Below, piece by piece: positions 18,614-27,853 of a DNA stretch of 64,000 nucleotides. A program made the translations under genes and the position numbers. Origin of the DNA: an uncultured virus (IMG/VR IMGVR_UViG_3300044610_000169) (Duplodnaviria; Heunggongvirae; Uroviricota; Caudoviricetes); IMG/VR virus record IMGVR_UViG_3300044610_000169; one strand, given 5' to 3'. The notes beneath the pieces are model-generated. The model saw nothing but the letters and a program-made list of their open reading frames with translations, searched no databases and was not told the DNA's origin. Positions within the stretch are counted from its first letter, which is position 1, and each line of letters begins with the position of its first letter.

Positions 18614-18681
18614 TTGCGGGTCTAGGAATCGCACCTAGCACTCGGAGCTTATGAGACTCCGATGGGCCTAGCCCACCCGCA
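18614..18681 (-). tRNA. tRNA with CAT anticodon (Met/Ile2), shrunken D arm
   Basis: Acceptor TGCGGGT/ACCCGCA, GGGC-TAG-GCCC mini D arm, extended anticodon stem around CTCATAA, T arm CTAGG-TGCGATT-CCTAG. Confidence 0.7.
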
Positions 18682-18772
18682 ATATTTGCCGGTTACGTTT
18701 GTCCGGCGTGCCGTCCGTAAGCACCGTACACCCTCAGCAGCCGGTCCTCTCCCCCCGACTGCCGAGCATGGA

Positions 18773-19018
18773 TTAACCGCGTCTTCGACAACGCAGAATA
18801 GGTCTTCGCAAGACGCGAGTCGCACTGGCAACCGTCGATCGCACAGGCTGAGCCTCGCTGACAACCTGCACAGCTCGCACAGGCAACGCAACTACCGACA
18901 CCGCGGCAGAAGCCACGCGAGCCGCACACTGACCGCCGAGGCAGTCCTGAGCCGACGCTGGCAACGTTGCCACCAACAGAGCCACAACCAACATGATTGC
19001 CGACCTGATGCTTTTCAT
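18773..19018 (-). CDS. Small secreted Cys/Arg-rich protein
   Basis: GGAGGA RBS, signal peptide ending ASA-Q, DCLGGQC, Arg-rich tail; style common in Planctomycetes. Confidence 0.7.
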   Translation of the reverse strand: MKSIRSAIMLVVALLVATLPASAQDCLGGQCAARVASAAVSVVALPVRAVQVVSEAQPVRSTVASATRVLRRPILRCRRRG

Positions 19019-19067
19019 AATCGAATCCTCCTGAAACATGGAAACCGAAACCTCAACCAAAAACGAC

Positions 19068-19095
19068 ATGATAGCACATTGACCCGTCAACGCAA
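19068..19095 (-). promoter_or_regulatory. Promoter upstream of the ncRNA array
   Basis: TTGCGT-N16-TATCAT with extended TG; overlaps palindrome TTGAC-CC-GTCAA. Confidence 0.55.
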
Positions 19096-19111
19096 GAGCA
19101 GGTTGGGAAAA

Positions 19112-19693
19112 TTACGACGGCGAAGTGTAGTTTGTGTCCAGCGGGATTTGTTCGCCTTCGGGTACTAAAGGGAAGTCTTCGTGTTCAAAATACGCTTCAA
19201 AGCCTATTTCCGCAGAACCCGAGACGTTTTTGAGCGTCATGCCACGCGGGTATCCGTATCGCACAGCAAACGCTTTTGTTCCGTTTTTTTCCAGAAATTG
19301 CACCATCGAAGCACTGACTCGAAAACGCTTGATACGGGTAGCACCTCCGCTGCGAATAGACTTAGGCATTCCCAAACCTATTTTGCGTAGCTTTTGGAAA
19401 ATAAAAGGCTCGGCTAAATACATATCAAGGTGCTCGCGTTTGATCCCGCTGGCGAAGTAGACGTAAGCCAGAAGGTCGTCGTCGCTGCGCACCCTCCGCA
19501 AAACATACTCGCATTTTTCATACGTGAAAGCGTTTACTGGCTCGTACTGATTGACTATCGCTGACGGACCCGTAAACAAATGCAATCGGTCGTCTGGGTC
19601 ATACGGGACAACAGTCTTCTCCATCGGAATCTTGCCGCTGTCGAGGCTTTCGATTTTTCCGTGCTGGCAACCACCGACAAACAAAACGTTCAT
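19112..19693 (-). CDS. Hypothetical protein
   Basis: AAGGAGG RBS; MNVLFVGGCQHG start typical of small phage proteins. Confidence 0.7.
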   Translation of the reverse strand: MNVLFVGGCQHGKIESLDSGKIPMEKTVVPYDPDDRLHLFTGPSAIVNQYEPVNAFTYEKCEYVLRRVRSDDDLLAYVYFASGIKREHLDMYLAEPFIFQKLRKIGLGMPKSIRSGGATRIKRFRVSASMVQFLEKNGTKAFAVRYGYPRGMTLKNVSGSAEIGFEAYFEHEDFPLVPEGEQIPLDTNYTSPS

Positions 19694-19787
19694 TGCTATT
19701 GCCTCCTTGTGGATTCTGCGCAAAGAAAAACCACCACCATGATCAAAACTTCCAATGCCATAACGCAAACAACCGCCGCGGTAGTGC

Positions 19788-20351
19788 TCATGGTGCCACC
19801 TTCTTGGCTACGATTACGTTTTGCAGCCAGTTGCAATTTCTAAGTTCCTCGCCGTTGAGTTTCGCCGCATGGTCCAACACGACACCTGAAAGCCTTCGAC
19901 CGCGAAACATTTCAATTCGACCGTCGTTGAGACAATCAATCCCGTAAATTTCGAGATCGCTGCGGTCGGCACTTACAGCCAAACGAGTCGCTTCGAGAAA
20001 TTCCGTGTTTCGCCAAATATAGACAGCGTTTGCTGGAGCTGAACGCATTTGCTTGACCGACTCGTTTTCGTCGAAAGTCAAATCGCTCCCCTCCATAGCT
20101 TTTATTTTCGCAAGCCTAGATTGCAGCCTCCACAACTCACCTTCAACCCTAGCAATATCCACTAGCGTCATGCGATTAGCGTACTGGATTGCTTCCAGCC
20201 TGTCTTCAAACACGATGTAATAATTCGTGCGCTTTCTTGATATGCCGTGACGGTCTATGTAGCTTTCCTTAGTAAAGCGATCGACTTCGATCTCCTCGAC
20301 AGGATGGTCGTATTCAGCCGCGTACCTCGTTCGTACTTTGTATGCTTTCAT
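19788..20351 (-). CDS. Hypothetical protein
   Basis: 187 aa, GGGAG RBS. Confidence 0.65.
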   Translation of the reverse strand: MKAYKVRTRYAAEYDHPVEEIEVDRFTKESYIDRHGISRKRTNYYIVFEDRLEAIQYANRMTLVDIARVEGELWRLQSRLAKIKAMEGSDLTFDENESVKQMRSAPANAVYIWRNTEFLEATRLAVSADRSDLEIYGIDCLNDGRIEMFRGRRLSGVVLDHAAKLNGEELRNCNWLQNVIVAKKVAP

Positions 20352-20365
20352 CGTCTTAATTCTCC

Positions 20366-20647
20366 CTAGCCGCCGTGTTTTTCGAGTATCGCCCGAGCGT
20401 CTGCGAATGCTTGCTCGGACTCTGCCGCTAGACCCCTTTCACGCAATGGCAAGGCGAAGTCGTGAAGCGTTCGCAATACCTCCAGCAACCTTGGAGCGTC
20501 GGCCCATAGTTCCGCGTTGGCTTGTGCGCTTTCGTCAAACGCAACGCCCAAAAAATCCCTATCGGATCGCACGTCCCACAAGCCTTTAACCGTTTCGTTT
20601 TGTGTAGCAACTAGAGGCCCCGGAGTAAATTTCGATTCTGCCATCAT
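20366..20647 (-). CDS. Phage 'TPGP...ANA.L.A.AP.LL' family protein
   Basis: KFTPGP and ANAELWADAPRLLE motifs; paralog at 29612. Confidence 0.75.
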   Translation of the reverse strand: MMAESKFTPGPLVATQNETVKGLWDVRSDRDFLGVAFDESAQANAELWADAPRLLEVLRTLHDFALPLRERGLAAESEQAFADARAILEKHGG

Positions 20648-20671
20648 GTTTCCTTTCGAGTTGATAGATGC

Positions 20672-21013
20672 TTACGACTGCACCTGCTCCTTCGCTAAAG
20701 CCACGTCCCGCAAGACCCTGCTCACAATCACTTCCAGGCTCTCCTTGTGCTCAGGATACGCCTCCATCAAGCATTTAGAGTCAACGTAAAGATGACCCTG
20801 AAACGTGATCATGTCGCATTCGCAATGCTTCGAAAACGCGACAGCCCAAACCGCACTGTTGAACCAGATCTCGGCAGCGAGGTAAACCGATTCGCCCTTG
20901 ACCAGTGAGGTGCGCTGCCATTCAGCGAGCGTCTCTTGCTCGCCAGCCGGACCCTCGATAACCGCCCTGTAAACCTTGTCGTCCAAATCCGCATTAAAAT
21001 CCACCATTTGCAA
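20672..21013 (-). CDS. Hypothetical protein
   Basis: ORF with GGAGA RBS. Confidence 0.6.
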   Translation of the reverse strand: MQMVDFNADLDDKVYRAVIEGPAGEQETLAEWQRTSLVKGESVYLAAEIWFNSAVWAVAFSKHCECDMITFQGHLYVDSKCLMEAYPEHKESLEVIVSRVLRDVALAKEQVQS

Positions 21014-21182
21014 GTCTCCATTTTGTAAAACTACTCAGCGCCAAACCACACGCGATCCAGCCACTCCAAATCGCTTGGGTTCACACAGACACCCAACCCT
21101 AACTCATGGCACCTAACGACGTGACGCGCAAGCATCCACGAATGCCAAAGCCAACGCACATGCCGAACACCCCATAGTCGCT

Positions 21183-21821
21183 TCATGTTGCCACTGGTGC
21201 TTTCAGTTGGGAGGACGAAACAATGTCACACACGATGCCTTTCAGTTCTTCTGCCTGTCGCAGAAAACCCGAAAGCATCAACCGCTCAGTCGTCGGCAAC
21301 CACAAAAAATGCTCTGTCGCCGTAAAGTCGTCGTGCGTTGGGTTGTACCAATGCCCCCCAATGTCGCCGCCAATTAAATACGTCAGGTAGCACCCGCCTT
21401 GTCCTGCTGGGGATGGCTTTTGATGCCAGCGTTTCAATCCGCATTGAATATGCGTTACCTTTTGGTAGATGTGGCCAACTTGCGACGTTCGTCCGCAACC
21501 AAAGAAGTCGCCACGATGAATGTTGCTGCAAACCTCTTTGTATCCGTCTGGCTGACGATTGATACAGTACATTGGTGATCTCCAATACTGCTGCAACTCG
21601 TCGTGCTCTTTGATGAACTTTGCGTACCGCTCATCTGCGAACATTGACACAAATTGACGGTCGTTACCTTCGTATGGGCGCGTTTTTGCGTGCGTATCCG
21701 AATCGTAATCGAAATAAATGTTTCCTAGACGCGACTTCTCTAGTTTAACCTGCTTCAGGCGATTGCCTTGCACCAAACGCAACTGCTCTTCTAACTCTGC
21801 TATTCTTTTTTCGCTGTTCAT
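21183..21821 (-). CDS. Hypothetical protein
   Basis: AGGTG RBS before the MNSEK start. Confidence 0.65.
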   Translation of the reverse strand: MNSEKRIAELEEQLRLVQGNRLKQVKLEKSRLGNIYFDYDSDTHAKTRPYEGNDRQFVSMFADERYAKFIKEHDELQQYWRSPMYCINRQPDGYKEVCSNIHRGDFFGCGRTSQVGHIYQKVTHIQCGLKRWHQKPSPAGQGGCYLTYLIGGDIGGHWYNPTHDDFTATEHFLWLPTTERLMLSGFLRQAEELKGIVCDIVSSSQLKAPVAT

Positions 21822-21880
21822 ACGCCACCTAAAAAATGATGAATCAAAGCCGCCGATCAAGTCCGCTGGTATTGACTCGC

Positions 21881-22111
21881 TTATGTGTTGTCGTCCCATG
21901 ACCATTCGGGATACCCATCGCAGTAAAAGTAGTCCTGAACCGCCTTCATTTTCTCTTCCTCAGTGGCAGCATCCCATGCCGCACGATCGTCAAAGCCAAG
22001 CTCCTCCGCAGTTGTAATTGCGTGCCGACCGCTTTTGCAGTTCGATCCGTCGTCTACCGTCACTCGAATCTCGTCGCCTTTCGGCTTCGGCGTGTTGTCA
22101 AAACCACCCAT
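21881..22111 (-). CDS. Hypothetical protein
   Basis: GGAGGTG RBS before MGGFD. Confidence 0.6.
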   Translation of the reverse strand: MGGFDNTPKPKGDEIRVTVDDGSNCKSGRHAITTAEELGFDDRAAWDAATEEEKMKAVQDYFYCDGYPEWSWDDNT

Positions 22112-22281
22112 GATCACCTCCCGTACTGGAAACGTTACCACCCCGCCAACGCAATTGTACCGCGATGGACCCAGAAACGCAAGAACCAACAGACGACCAA
22201 ACAGCAGCAATCACCATATGCCGCGCGGTTTTTGGTCGCTGTCGGCATGTCAAAAAGCGCCAACATATAACAGATCGCAAG

Positions 22282-22533
22282 CTAGAACCCTGCCTCTGTG
22301 GTCGGCTTGGCATCTTGCATTATGGAGCATCGGTCGCAAACCAGCTCGGGAGTAACCCTGGCGTTCCAGCTAACCACAGTTTCGGCATCAAGTATGTGGA
22401 AGCTGCGACCAAAATCCACTTGCTTGAAATAGCACGAATCCTCGTGCCAGACCCGCCACAACCCTTCGCTATGCCGAAGCTTCTTAGCATTTGCGCCACA
22501 GAAAGGACACAGAGCAACCTTTACGCCATCCAT
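22282..22533 (-). CDS. Lar-like restriction-alleviation Zn-ribbon protein
   Basis: CPFCG..A and terminal WNAR motif. Confidence 0.6.
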   Translation of the reverse strand: MDGVKVALCPFCGANAKKLRHSEGLWRVWHEDSCYFKQVDFGRSFHILDAETVVSWNARVTPELVCDRCSIMQDAKPTTEAGF

Positions 22534-22571
22534 TTTGCCACTACACCTTTGAAAGCAAGTACCGTATCAGC

Positions 22572-22856
22572 CTACCAAGCCATCGCCTCGAGAATCGTCT
22601 GACGCATCTTCGCTCTCGTGATCCGCTTCGCTGTAACACAAACCTCTTCCGTACTTGCGCATTGCCAATCGTCGAGCGTGTACAACGCCTTGACGGCTCT
22701 AGCCGCATCCTCGGCACGACCGAACGTCATCTCTGTCCAGATGTTTTCAAAACCATCGCACTCCCAAGCAACACGCCACCCAGGAAAGACAACGGTTGAC
22801 TTTTTCCTGGATGTTACCCTGTCCCAGGTAGCTACCCAGCGACCAATCTCTGACAT
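22572..22856 (-). CDS. Hypothetical protein
   Basis: GGAGAT RBS. Confidence 0.6.
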   Translation of the reverse strand: MSEIGRWVATWDRVTSRKKSTVVFPGWRVAWECDGFENIWTEMTFGRAEDAARAVKALYTLDDWQCASTEEVCVTAKRITRAKMRQTILEAMAW

Positions 22857-22888
22857 CGTGGCAATCTCCATCGCAAAAAGGCAGGTGC

Positions 22889-23269
22889 TTACAGGTCGAT
22901 CTTAGGCTCGGCAGGCTGGCCAAGGACGTTCTGGAGATACAAAAGACACTCATCGAATCCAGCTAGCATTCCCTGGGCCAGAATCTTTGATACGCTGTTT
23001 CCGCTTACACTTGATAAGCTGCCTTCGTGAAACTTGCGAGCCGCAGCAAGTTTCACCATAAACTCAACAAGCTGCTTAGCGGTCAAACCGCCGTCCGGCT
23101 TTGCCCCCGATGATTTCGCATCGAAGATTTCAACCCTGTCGACCAACTGCGCAGGGTCGTGAACGATCGGAACCGACTTCCATTCAGTCCAGCCTCGTTG
23201 AACACAGAATCCTCGGGACTGCAACTGCATGTACCCATGATCGTCAGCCACCATTCGCATCTCAGTCAT
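22889..23269 (-). CDS. Hypothetical protein
   Basis: GGAGAT RBS; LQ...EWKSVPIV motif. Confidence 0.6.
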   Translation of the reverse strand: MTEMRMVADDHGYMQLQSRGFCVQRGWTEWKSVPIVHDPAQLVDRVEIFDAKSSGAKPDGGLTAKQLVEFMVKLAAARKFHEGSLSSVSGNSVSKILAQGMLAGFDECLLYLQNVLGQPAEPKIDL

Positions 23270-23312
23270 CGCAATCTCCAATCACAAAAACACACCAGCC
23301 ACAACACAAACG

Positions 23313-23660
23313 TTACGAACCCCAGGGAGCGTCGGCAACCCAAAGAATGTCCGAAACTCTAACCTCTATCCCTCTTTCGAACGTGAACAGATCTGAATCT
23401 GCTGCTTTGGGGTTCATTGGATCAAAACCGCACAACTCGTTGTTCAGCTTAATGTTTTTCAGCCTAACCCAGTCGGGGTTAGCTACGGTAACCACCCCGC
23501 TGTATGTGCCTGCGTGTTGATGACACATAATCTCGGCATACTCAAACGTAACCACGCCAATACTGCGCAATTCCATCGCGTAAACGAACGGATCGCCTAC
23601 TGCTTTTTGTAAAGCAGCCGGCCAGTTCCGAGGGACATAACCAAGATACTCTTCAGTCAT
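23313..23660 (-). CDS. Hypothetical protein
   Basis: GGAGGT RBS; C-terminal RGIEVRVSDILWVADAP.GS. Confidence 0.7.
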   Translation of the reverse strand: MTEEYLGYVPRNWPAALQKAVGDPFVYAMELRSIGVVTFEYAEIMCHQHAGTYSGVVTVANPDWVRLKNIKLNNELCGFDPMNPKAADSDLFTFERGIEVRVSDILWVADAPWGS

Positions 23661-24149
23661 CGCAAACCTCCAAAGAAATCTTCAATCAAACGTATCCATT
23701 GCAGGATCTTCGAGTCGCATGCCGAGGGATTCGAACCCCCGCGCCACACACGCTGTCTCGCTTTCGATTGCAATCCTACTCGCGTAGTCGATGGCCATCA
23801 TTCTCGAAGACCCTGCGATAAACACGTCACCGCCGTAAGTATACTCGCATGGACCCGATGACGCAAGTGCTTTTATAAACGCGGGAAACGGGGATACCGC
23901 TACCGTCTCGTGCGATGGGGTGGGGGGTCCGGTTCGTTTTCCGTTGGTTCGCATCGCTTCGCGTCGTTTCGGTCGTCGCGCGGTCGATAGCCACCGCAGC
24001 GCAAAAATGTTGCCCATGGGCAACAAAAAGCGTCAAATAGGGTCCATCGCTTTGCTCGTCACAAAACGCAGGGAAAACACCGCGAAACACCGCACAAAAC
24101 AACGCACCATCAAGCCTATACCCGTGCCAACGTGCCATTGTGGCATCCA

Positions 24150-24755
24150 TCAGCGATCCGGCAGCATTTCAGCGAGCAACCCACGGATCTCGTCGATTGC
24201 CAGCCGTTCGCGTCGCACCATGTCCCGCTCGTCCTCGACATGCGCAGAAGCTTTGGCAGCGACGTCCACAAATTTGCTGTATGCGCGGATGGAAGTCTCA
24301 AGCCAACCCAACGCCGCCCAGCTCGGCGCGGGACTCATCGCTTTGCGCAGATCGACGATTGCGCGGTCCCCGAGGTCACGGACCACCGACAGCCGGTTCG
24401 CCTGTACCCACTGGATCTCTTGCGCTAGCGTCGCGTTCGGCGGCAGCGTCGGCCACTCCGCTGGGATTGCGTCCAGTCCAGTGACGGCGGCTTCGTCTCG
24501 TGCGTGCGTGCCGTTCCCCGCTACGTTGTTTTGCGCCGTCGGGTTCGCGTCGCCCCCTGCATCCCCCCGCGATTCTTCCCGATGCTGTTCTCGTTGCGGA
24601 TACAGTTCGAGGAGTTTCGCGTAGACTTCCGCCCGCGCTGCTTCTTTTTCCAGTCCGCTGCGCCTGGCGATCCGCATCAGTTCATCACGCTGCGGCTCAA
24701 TCTCGGTCCAGCGTCCATCGCGTTGCCAGTTTCGCGTCACTTCCAGTATGTCCAC
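24150..24755 (-). CDS. Hypothetical protein, candidate terminase small subunit
   Basis: First gene of the leftward transcript; helical, 201 aa; shares ACGCGAAGT at its start codon with terL. The ORF is credible, but the function is inferred only. Confidence 0.4.
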   Translation of the reverse strand: MDILEVTRNWQRDGRWTEIEPQRDELMRIARRSGLEKEAARAEVYAKLLELYPQREQHREESRGDAGGDANPTAQNNVAGNGTHARDEAAVTGLDAIPAEWPTLPPNATLAQEIQWVQANRLSVVRDLGDRAIVDLRKAMSPAPSWAALGWLETSIRAYSKFVDVAAKASAHVEDERDMVRRERLAIDEIRGLLAEMLPDR

Positions 24756-25007
24756 TTCGCGTTACCCTTTCGCGTCACTTTCAGAGCGCAAAGATTCCTA
24801 TGATTCCGCAGGTTGTTTATCGACGCCGCAACCGATCCGAAGATCCCGACTAGCCATTGGCTACCCCTCGCGTCTATTCGGCAGTGTAGGCTTTCGCCTG
24901 CTCACCGACAGATTGGATCAACTCCGGTCGACCCGCTCGACGATCCTTCGGTCTGTGCTCTCGCCTTAGACTCTCGGCAGGATCGTATGCCGCTTTGATT
25001 TGCTCCC

Positions 25008-25035
25008 AAGATACCACCCCGAGATCCAGCGTCAA
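25008..25035 (-). promoter_or_regulatory. Leftward promoter of a divergent pair
   Basis: TTGACG-N16-TATCTT with extended TG; AT-rich upstream tract. Confidence 0.55.
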
Positions 25036-25085
25036 CTATTTTGGAAAAAACTAGATCTTTTTTTTATTTAGGGTGGAACCCTAAT

Positions 25086-25114
25086 TGACAAATAGCCGTA
25101 TGGTACTTAGGATC
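25086..25114 (+). promoter_or_regulatory. Rightward early promoter
   Basis: TTGACA-N17-TAGGAT at the strand switch. Confidence 0.65.
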
Positions 25115-25189
25115 ATATCGGGTAGGCACGTTGCCACCCACACACAACCCGCGACCGTGAGACGTCGCACATTTTTGGAGATGATGACG

Positions 25190-25564
25190 ATGATTGCCAT
25201 TCAGACAAAAGTGCTTTCAACAGGGACCAAAGGCACGAAAATCAAGGCTTGGACCTCGAACAAGCACTCCGTGACGATCCCGTATCCACACGATCTATCC
25301 AACGAACGCGCCCATTTTGCTGCGGTCCAAGCTCTGGTGGCAAAACACAAGCTCGAATGGGACTTGTCCGAGATGCGATGGGGCGGAGTGGATCACGGTT
25401 ATGTTTTTTGCTTTGCGGACTCCATCGTAGCTCCCCCCAAGCCTGAATACCAGCCAAAGACTGGCGAAGCTTGCGGCTGCCGTCCTGGCGTGGCTCGGGA
25501 CAACTGTCCAGCCTGTGAGGGTACTGGCCAAAAGATCGATTTCGCCGCGATCCGTGCTCGATAA
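25190..25564 (+). CDS. Early phage protein (AIQTK...GTKIKA family) with C-terminal Zn finger
   Basis: GGAG RBS; CGC...CPACEGTG. Confidence 0.7.
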   Translation: MIAIQTKVLSTGTKGTKIKAWTSNKHSVTIPYPHDLSNERAHFAAVQALVAKHKLEWDLSEMRWGGVDHGYVFCFADSIVAPPKPEYQPKTGEACGCRPGVARDNCPACEGTGQKIDFAAIRAR

Positions 25565-25572
25565 TCCGCTGC

Positions 25573-25627
25573 CAGTGCTCACCCGAGGGGAACCGCCCGA
25601 TCCCCGAGGGCCTGCACTGTTCGCAGG
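25573..25627 (+). repeat. Structured intergenic motif, copy A
   Basis: CAGT..CCC-GA-GGGGA-loop-TCCCC-GA-GGG-CCTGC-ACTGTTC-GCAGG. Confidence 0.7.
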
Positions 25628-25656
25628 ACAATCACAACATTTTGGAGACGATACGA

Positions 25657-25944
25657 ATGCAATTCACGAAGACAGCAAGCGGCAATTGGGCAAGGCAGAC
25701 GCAAACCAGAGAGAGCAAGTCTCTCGGCACCTACTTGACCGAATTGGAAGCCCGAGCGGTCCCAGGCGTCGACGAGGTTGGCCCACTGGTCGCTAACGGC
25801 AAGGTGGCAAAGCGTCACGGCGTAGCGGTCGGCACCGTGGTCTATCTGGCGATCAAGTACGGCAAGACTCGGCGATTCATGGTTCACGCCACGGCTGCGG
25901 AATGCGTAGCTCGCGGCGTGGTCCCAGGTGCTTGCAACGTCTAA
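25657..25944 (+). CDS. Hypothetical protein
   Basis: GGAGA RBS. Confidence 0.65.
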   Translation: MQFTKTASGNWARQTQTRESKSLGTYLTELEARAVPGVDEVGPLVANGKVAKRHGVAVGTVVYLAIKYGKTRRFMVHATAAECVARGVVPGACNV

Positions 25945-25968
25945 TTTTTCACCAACGGAGAAAAGACC

Positions 25969-26190
25969 GTGCCGACTTACACCCTTCAAGACACCTTCAA
26001 CCAACGCGCAATCAGTAACCACCGCTCCATGGCAGCGGCAGTCAAGGCGGATCTAAAGCATCGTCGAGGGGTCGCGAGATCCAACGGACGAGGGAGCTAC
26101 ATTCCGACTACAATCCTGATCGACGGCAAGAAACTCGACGGCGAAGACTATTTGTATTGCTTGTCACTTTATGAAAAATTTTATCGCTAG
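25969..26190 (+). CDS. Hypothetical protein
   Basis: GGAGA RBS; YTL.DTFN...IS.HR motif. Confidence 0.65.
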   Translation: MPTYTLQDTFNQRAISNHRSMAAAVKADLKHRRGVARSNGRGSYIPTTILIDGKKLDGEDYLYCLSLYEKFYR

Positions 26191-26303
26191 GCTCGGTGGG
26201 GTTAGGCCGAGTGCGGCTCCCTCTCGGGAGCGTCCCCAAGTTGACACAGTGTCAACCGGAAACACCGCAGGCGTGAGACCCTGCACGACATGGAGATTGT
26301 TCG

Positions 26304-26804
26304 ATGAACGGCATTTACGAAACACGATTGACGAAGACCGACAGCGGATACCAAACAAGCTTGGTACGGATCGGCGAGACCGCCGCCCATTATGGAGCGG
26401 TCACGCTTACCGGATGCGACGACAGCAAGCGATTTGGCGAAACCCATCTCCGATCCTGGTTTCGCGACAAGTGCGACCAAGAGGAGATGGTTGTTGTCTT
26501 GCTCGGCACGCGAAACAACGTCATCAACATCATTCGGTCGACCCGAGGCACGCTTAACGCTTCCCTAGTGCATCCCCGCGAAGTGTTTCGCGCAGCAGTG
26601 CAACAAGCAGCGGCGGCTGTCCTGCTCGCGCACAACCACCCTTCTGGCGACTCTACGCCGAGCCAAGAAGACATATCGATCACGGATCGACTCAAGAAGG
26701 CTGGGGAGATTGTTGGAATCCAGGTTCTCGATCATATCGTTATTGGCGACGACGTTGTATCGATCGTCGAACATCAAACCCGTCGATCTTGGGCAACGTT
26801 CTAA
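26304..26804 (+). CDS. radC: RadC-family JAB domain protein
   Basis: GTLNASLVHPREVF, HNHPSGD..PS.ED, VLDHIVIG. Confidence 0.92.
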   Translation: MNGIYETRLTKTDSGYQTSLVRIGETAAHYGAVTLTGCDDSKRFGETHLRSWFRDKCDQEEMVVVLLGTRNNVINIIRSTRGTLNASLVHPREVFRAAVQQAAAAVLLAHNHPSGDSTPSQEDISITDRLKKAGEIVGIQVLDHIVIGDDVVSIVEHQTRRSWATF

Positions 26805-26863
26805 TCGCATCTCCCGCTTGGTCCAGCACCCAGGCGGATCGTCTCACAGTGCTGGCGCGGTTT

Positions 26864-26886
26864 GCCGATGCGTATTCGGCTTTTTT
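26864..26886 (+). terminator. Possible intrinsic terminator
   Basis: GCCGA/TCGGC stem plus T6. Confidence 0.45.
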
Positions 26887-26918
26887 CCCACACACAATGC
26901 AATTGGAGATTTGCACGA

Positions 26919-27545
26919 ATGAAGATGCTTAAAGTGGTTACAAATGGCGAGAACGCGAAAATGGGACCGGGAGTTGGGACGACGTATCGCCCAGTCGGTG
27001 ACACCTGCCCTCCTGATTGTGGTTTGCTCAAGCTTTGCTATGCCAAACGTGGACACGTCAACATCCACCAGCAGCATTCCAAGCAAGATGACCACGACCT
27101 GATGAAACTTGCTGGCAACACCCTGGTGCGCCACCTCGTATCGGGCGACTGGCTCAAGACGATTGCAAACGGACGCAAGATCCTTGACCGCGCCCTGGTT
27201 GCTGGCGTCCTGGAATTGCATCGTAAGTGTCCCTGGCTCACCGGATGGGGCTACACCCATGCCATTGATCGATTCGACAAGGCTGGCATCACCCCGGCAA
27301 GCCTGCCAAGCAATTTCCACCTGTTAGCAAGTTGCGACACCGCAGAGCAAAAGGCACAAGCCAATGCGAACGGATGGAGGACCGCCCGAGTCATCGACGA
27401 ACTGACAGACAAGCAACCAGACGAGTTTGTGTGTCCGGTTGATGCAGCCAAGCGCAAAGGCATCCCACAAGAACGCAGGACCAACTGCGCATTGTGCAAG
27501 GCTTGTTTTGCCACTGATCGTAACATCGCTTTTTTGAAGTTCTGA
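26919..27545 (+). CDS. GP88-like radical-SAM-fold protein
   Basis: NAKMG, TCPPDC...CYAKRG, VRHLVSGD, WGYTH, CP...CALCKAC. Confidence 0.7.
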   Translation: MKMLKVVTNGENAKMGPGVGTTYRPVGDTCPPDCGLLKLCYAKRGHVNIHQQHSKQDDHDLMKLAGNTLVRHLVSGDWLKTIANGRKILDRALVAGVLELHRKCPWLTGWGYTHAIDRFDKAGITPASLPSNFHLLASCDTAEQKAQANANGWRTARVIDELTDKQPDEFVCPVDAAKRKGIPQERRTNCALCKACFATDRNIAFLKF

Positions 27546-27565
27546 CCACACAAGGAAAATCGACC

Positions 27566-27784
27566 ATGACCAACTTAGAACGCAAGACCAGGAGACTGCG
27601 CAACGCACTGCGCGAGATCTACGGCGACGAATCACCCGAAACGCTCATAACCGACGCGCTGGCTGATATGCGGCATTTGTGCGATGCCGACGGCGTTTCA
27701 TTTTCTGAGGTTGACCGCATCGCGCAGGATCACTATTTGACCGAGAAAAACACTCAGATGCGCTTCCAGTTCGAGGACGCATAG
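27566..27784 (+). CDS. Hypothetical protein
   Basis: AAGGA RBS; ITDALADMRHLCD motif. Confidence 0.7.
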   Translation: MTNLERKTRRLRNALREIYGDESPETLITDALADMRHLCDADGVSFSEVDRIAQDHYLTEKNTQMRFQFEDA

Positions 27785-27853
27785 TACACGACCGAACAAG
27801 CCTTTTTTGCGGGTCGGCTCCGCTTTTTACTGCTAACTTTGGAGATTTCTAAC

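Noticed and set aside
23682..24150. Overlapping ORFs 23682-24026 and 23827-24150
   Set aside because: Cannot choose a frame; part of the region may be non-coding packaging-related DNA.
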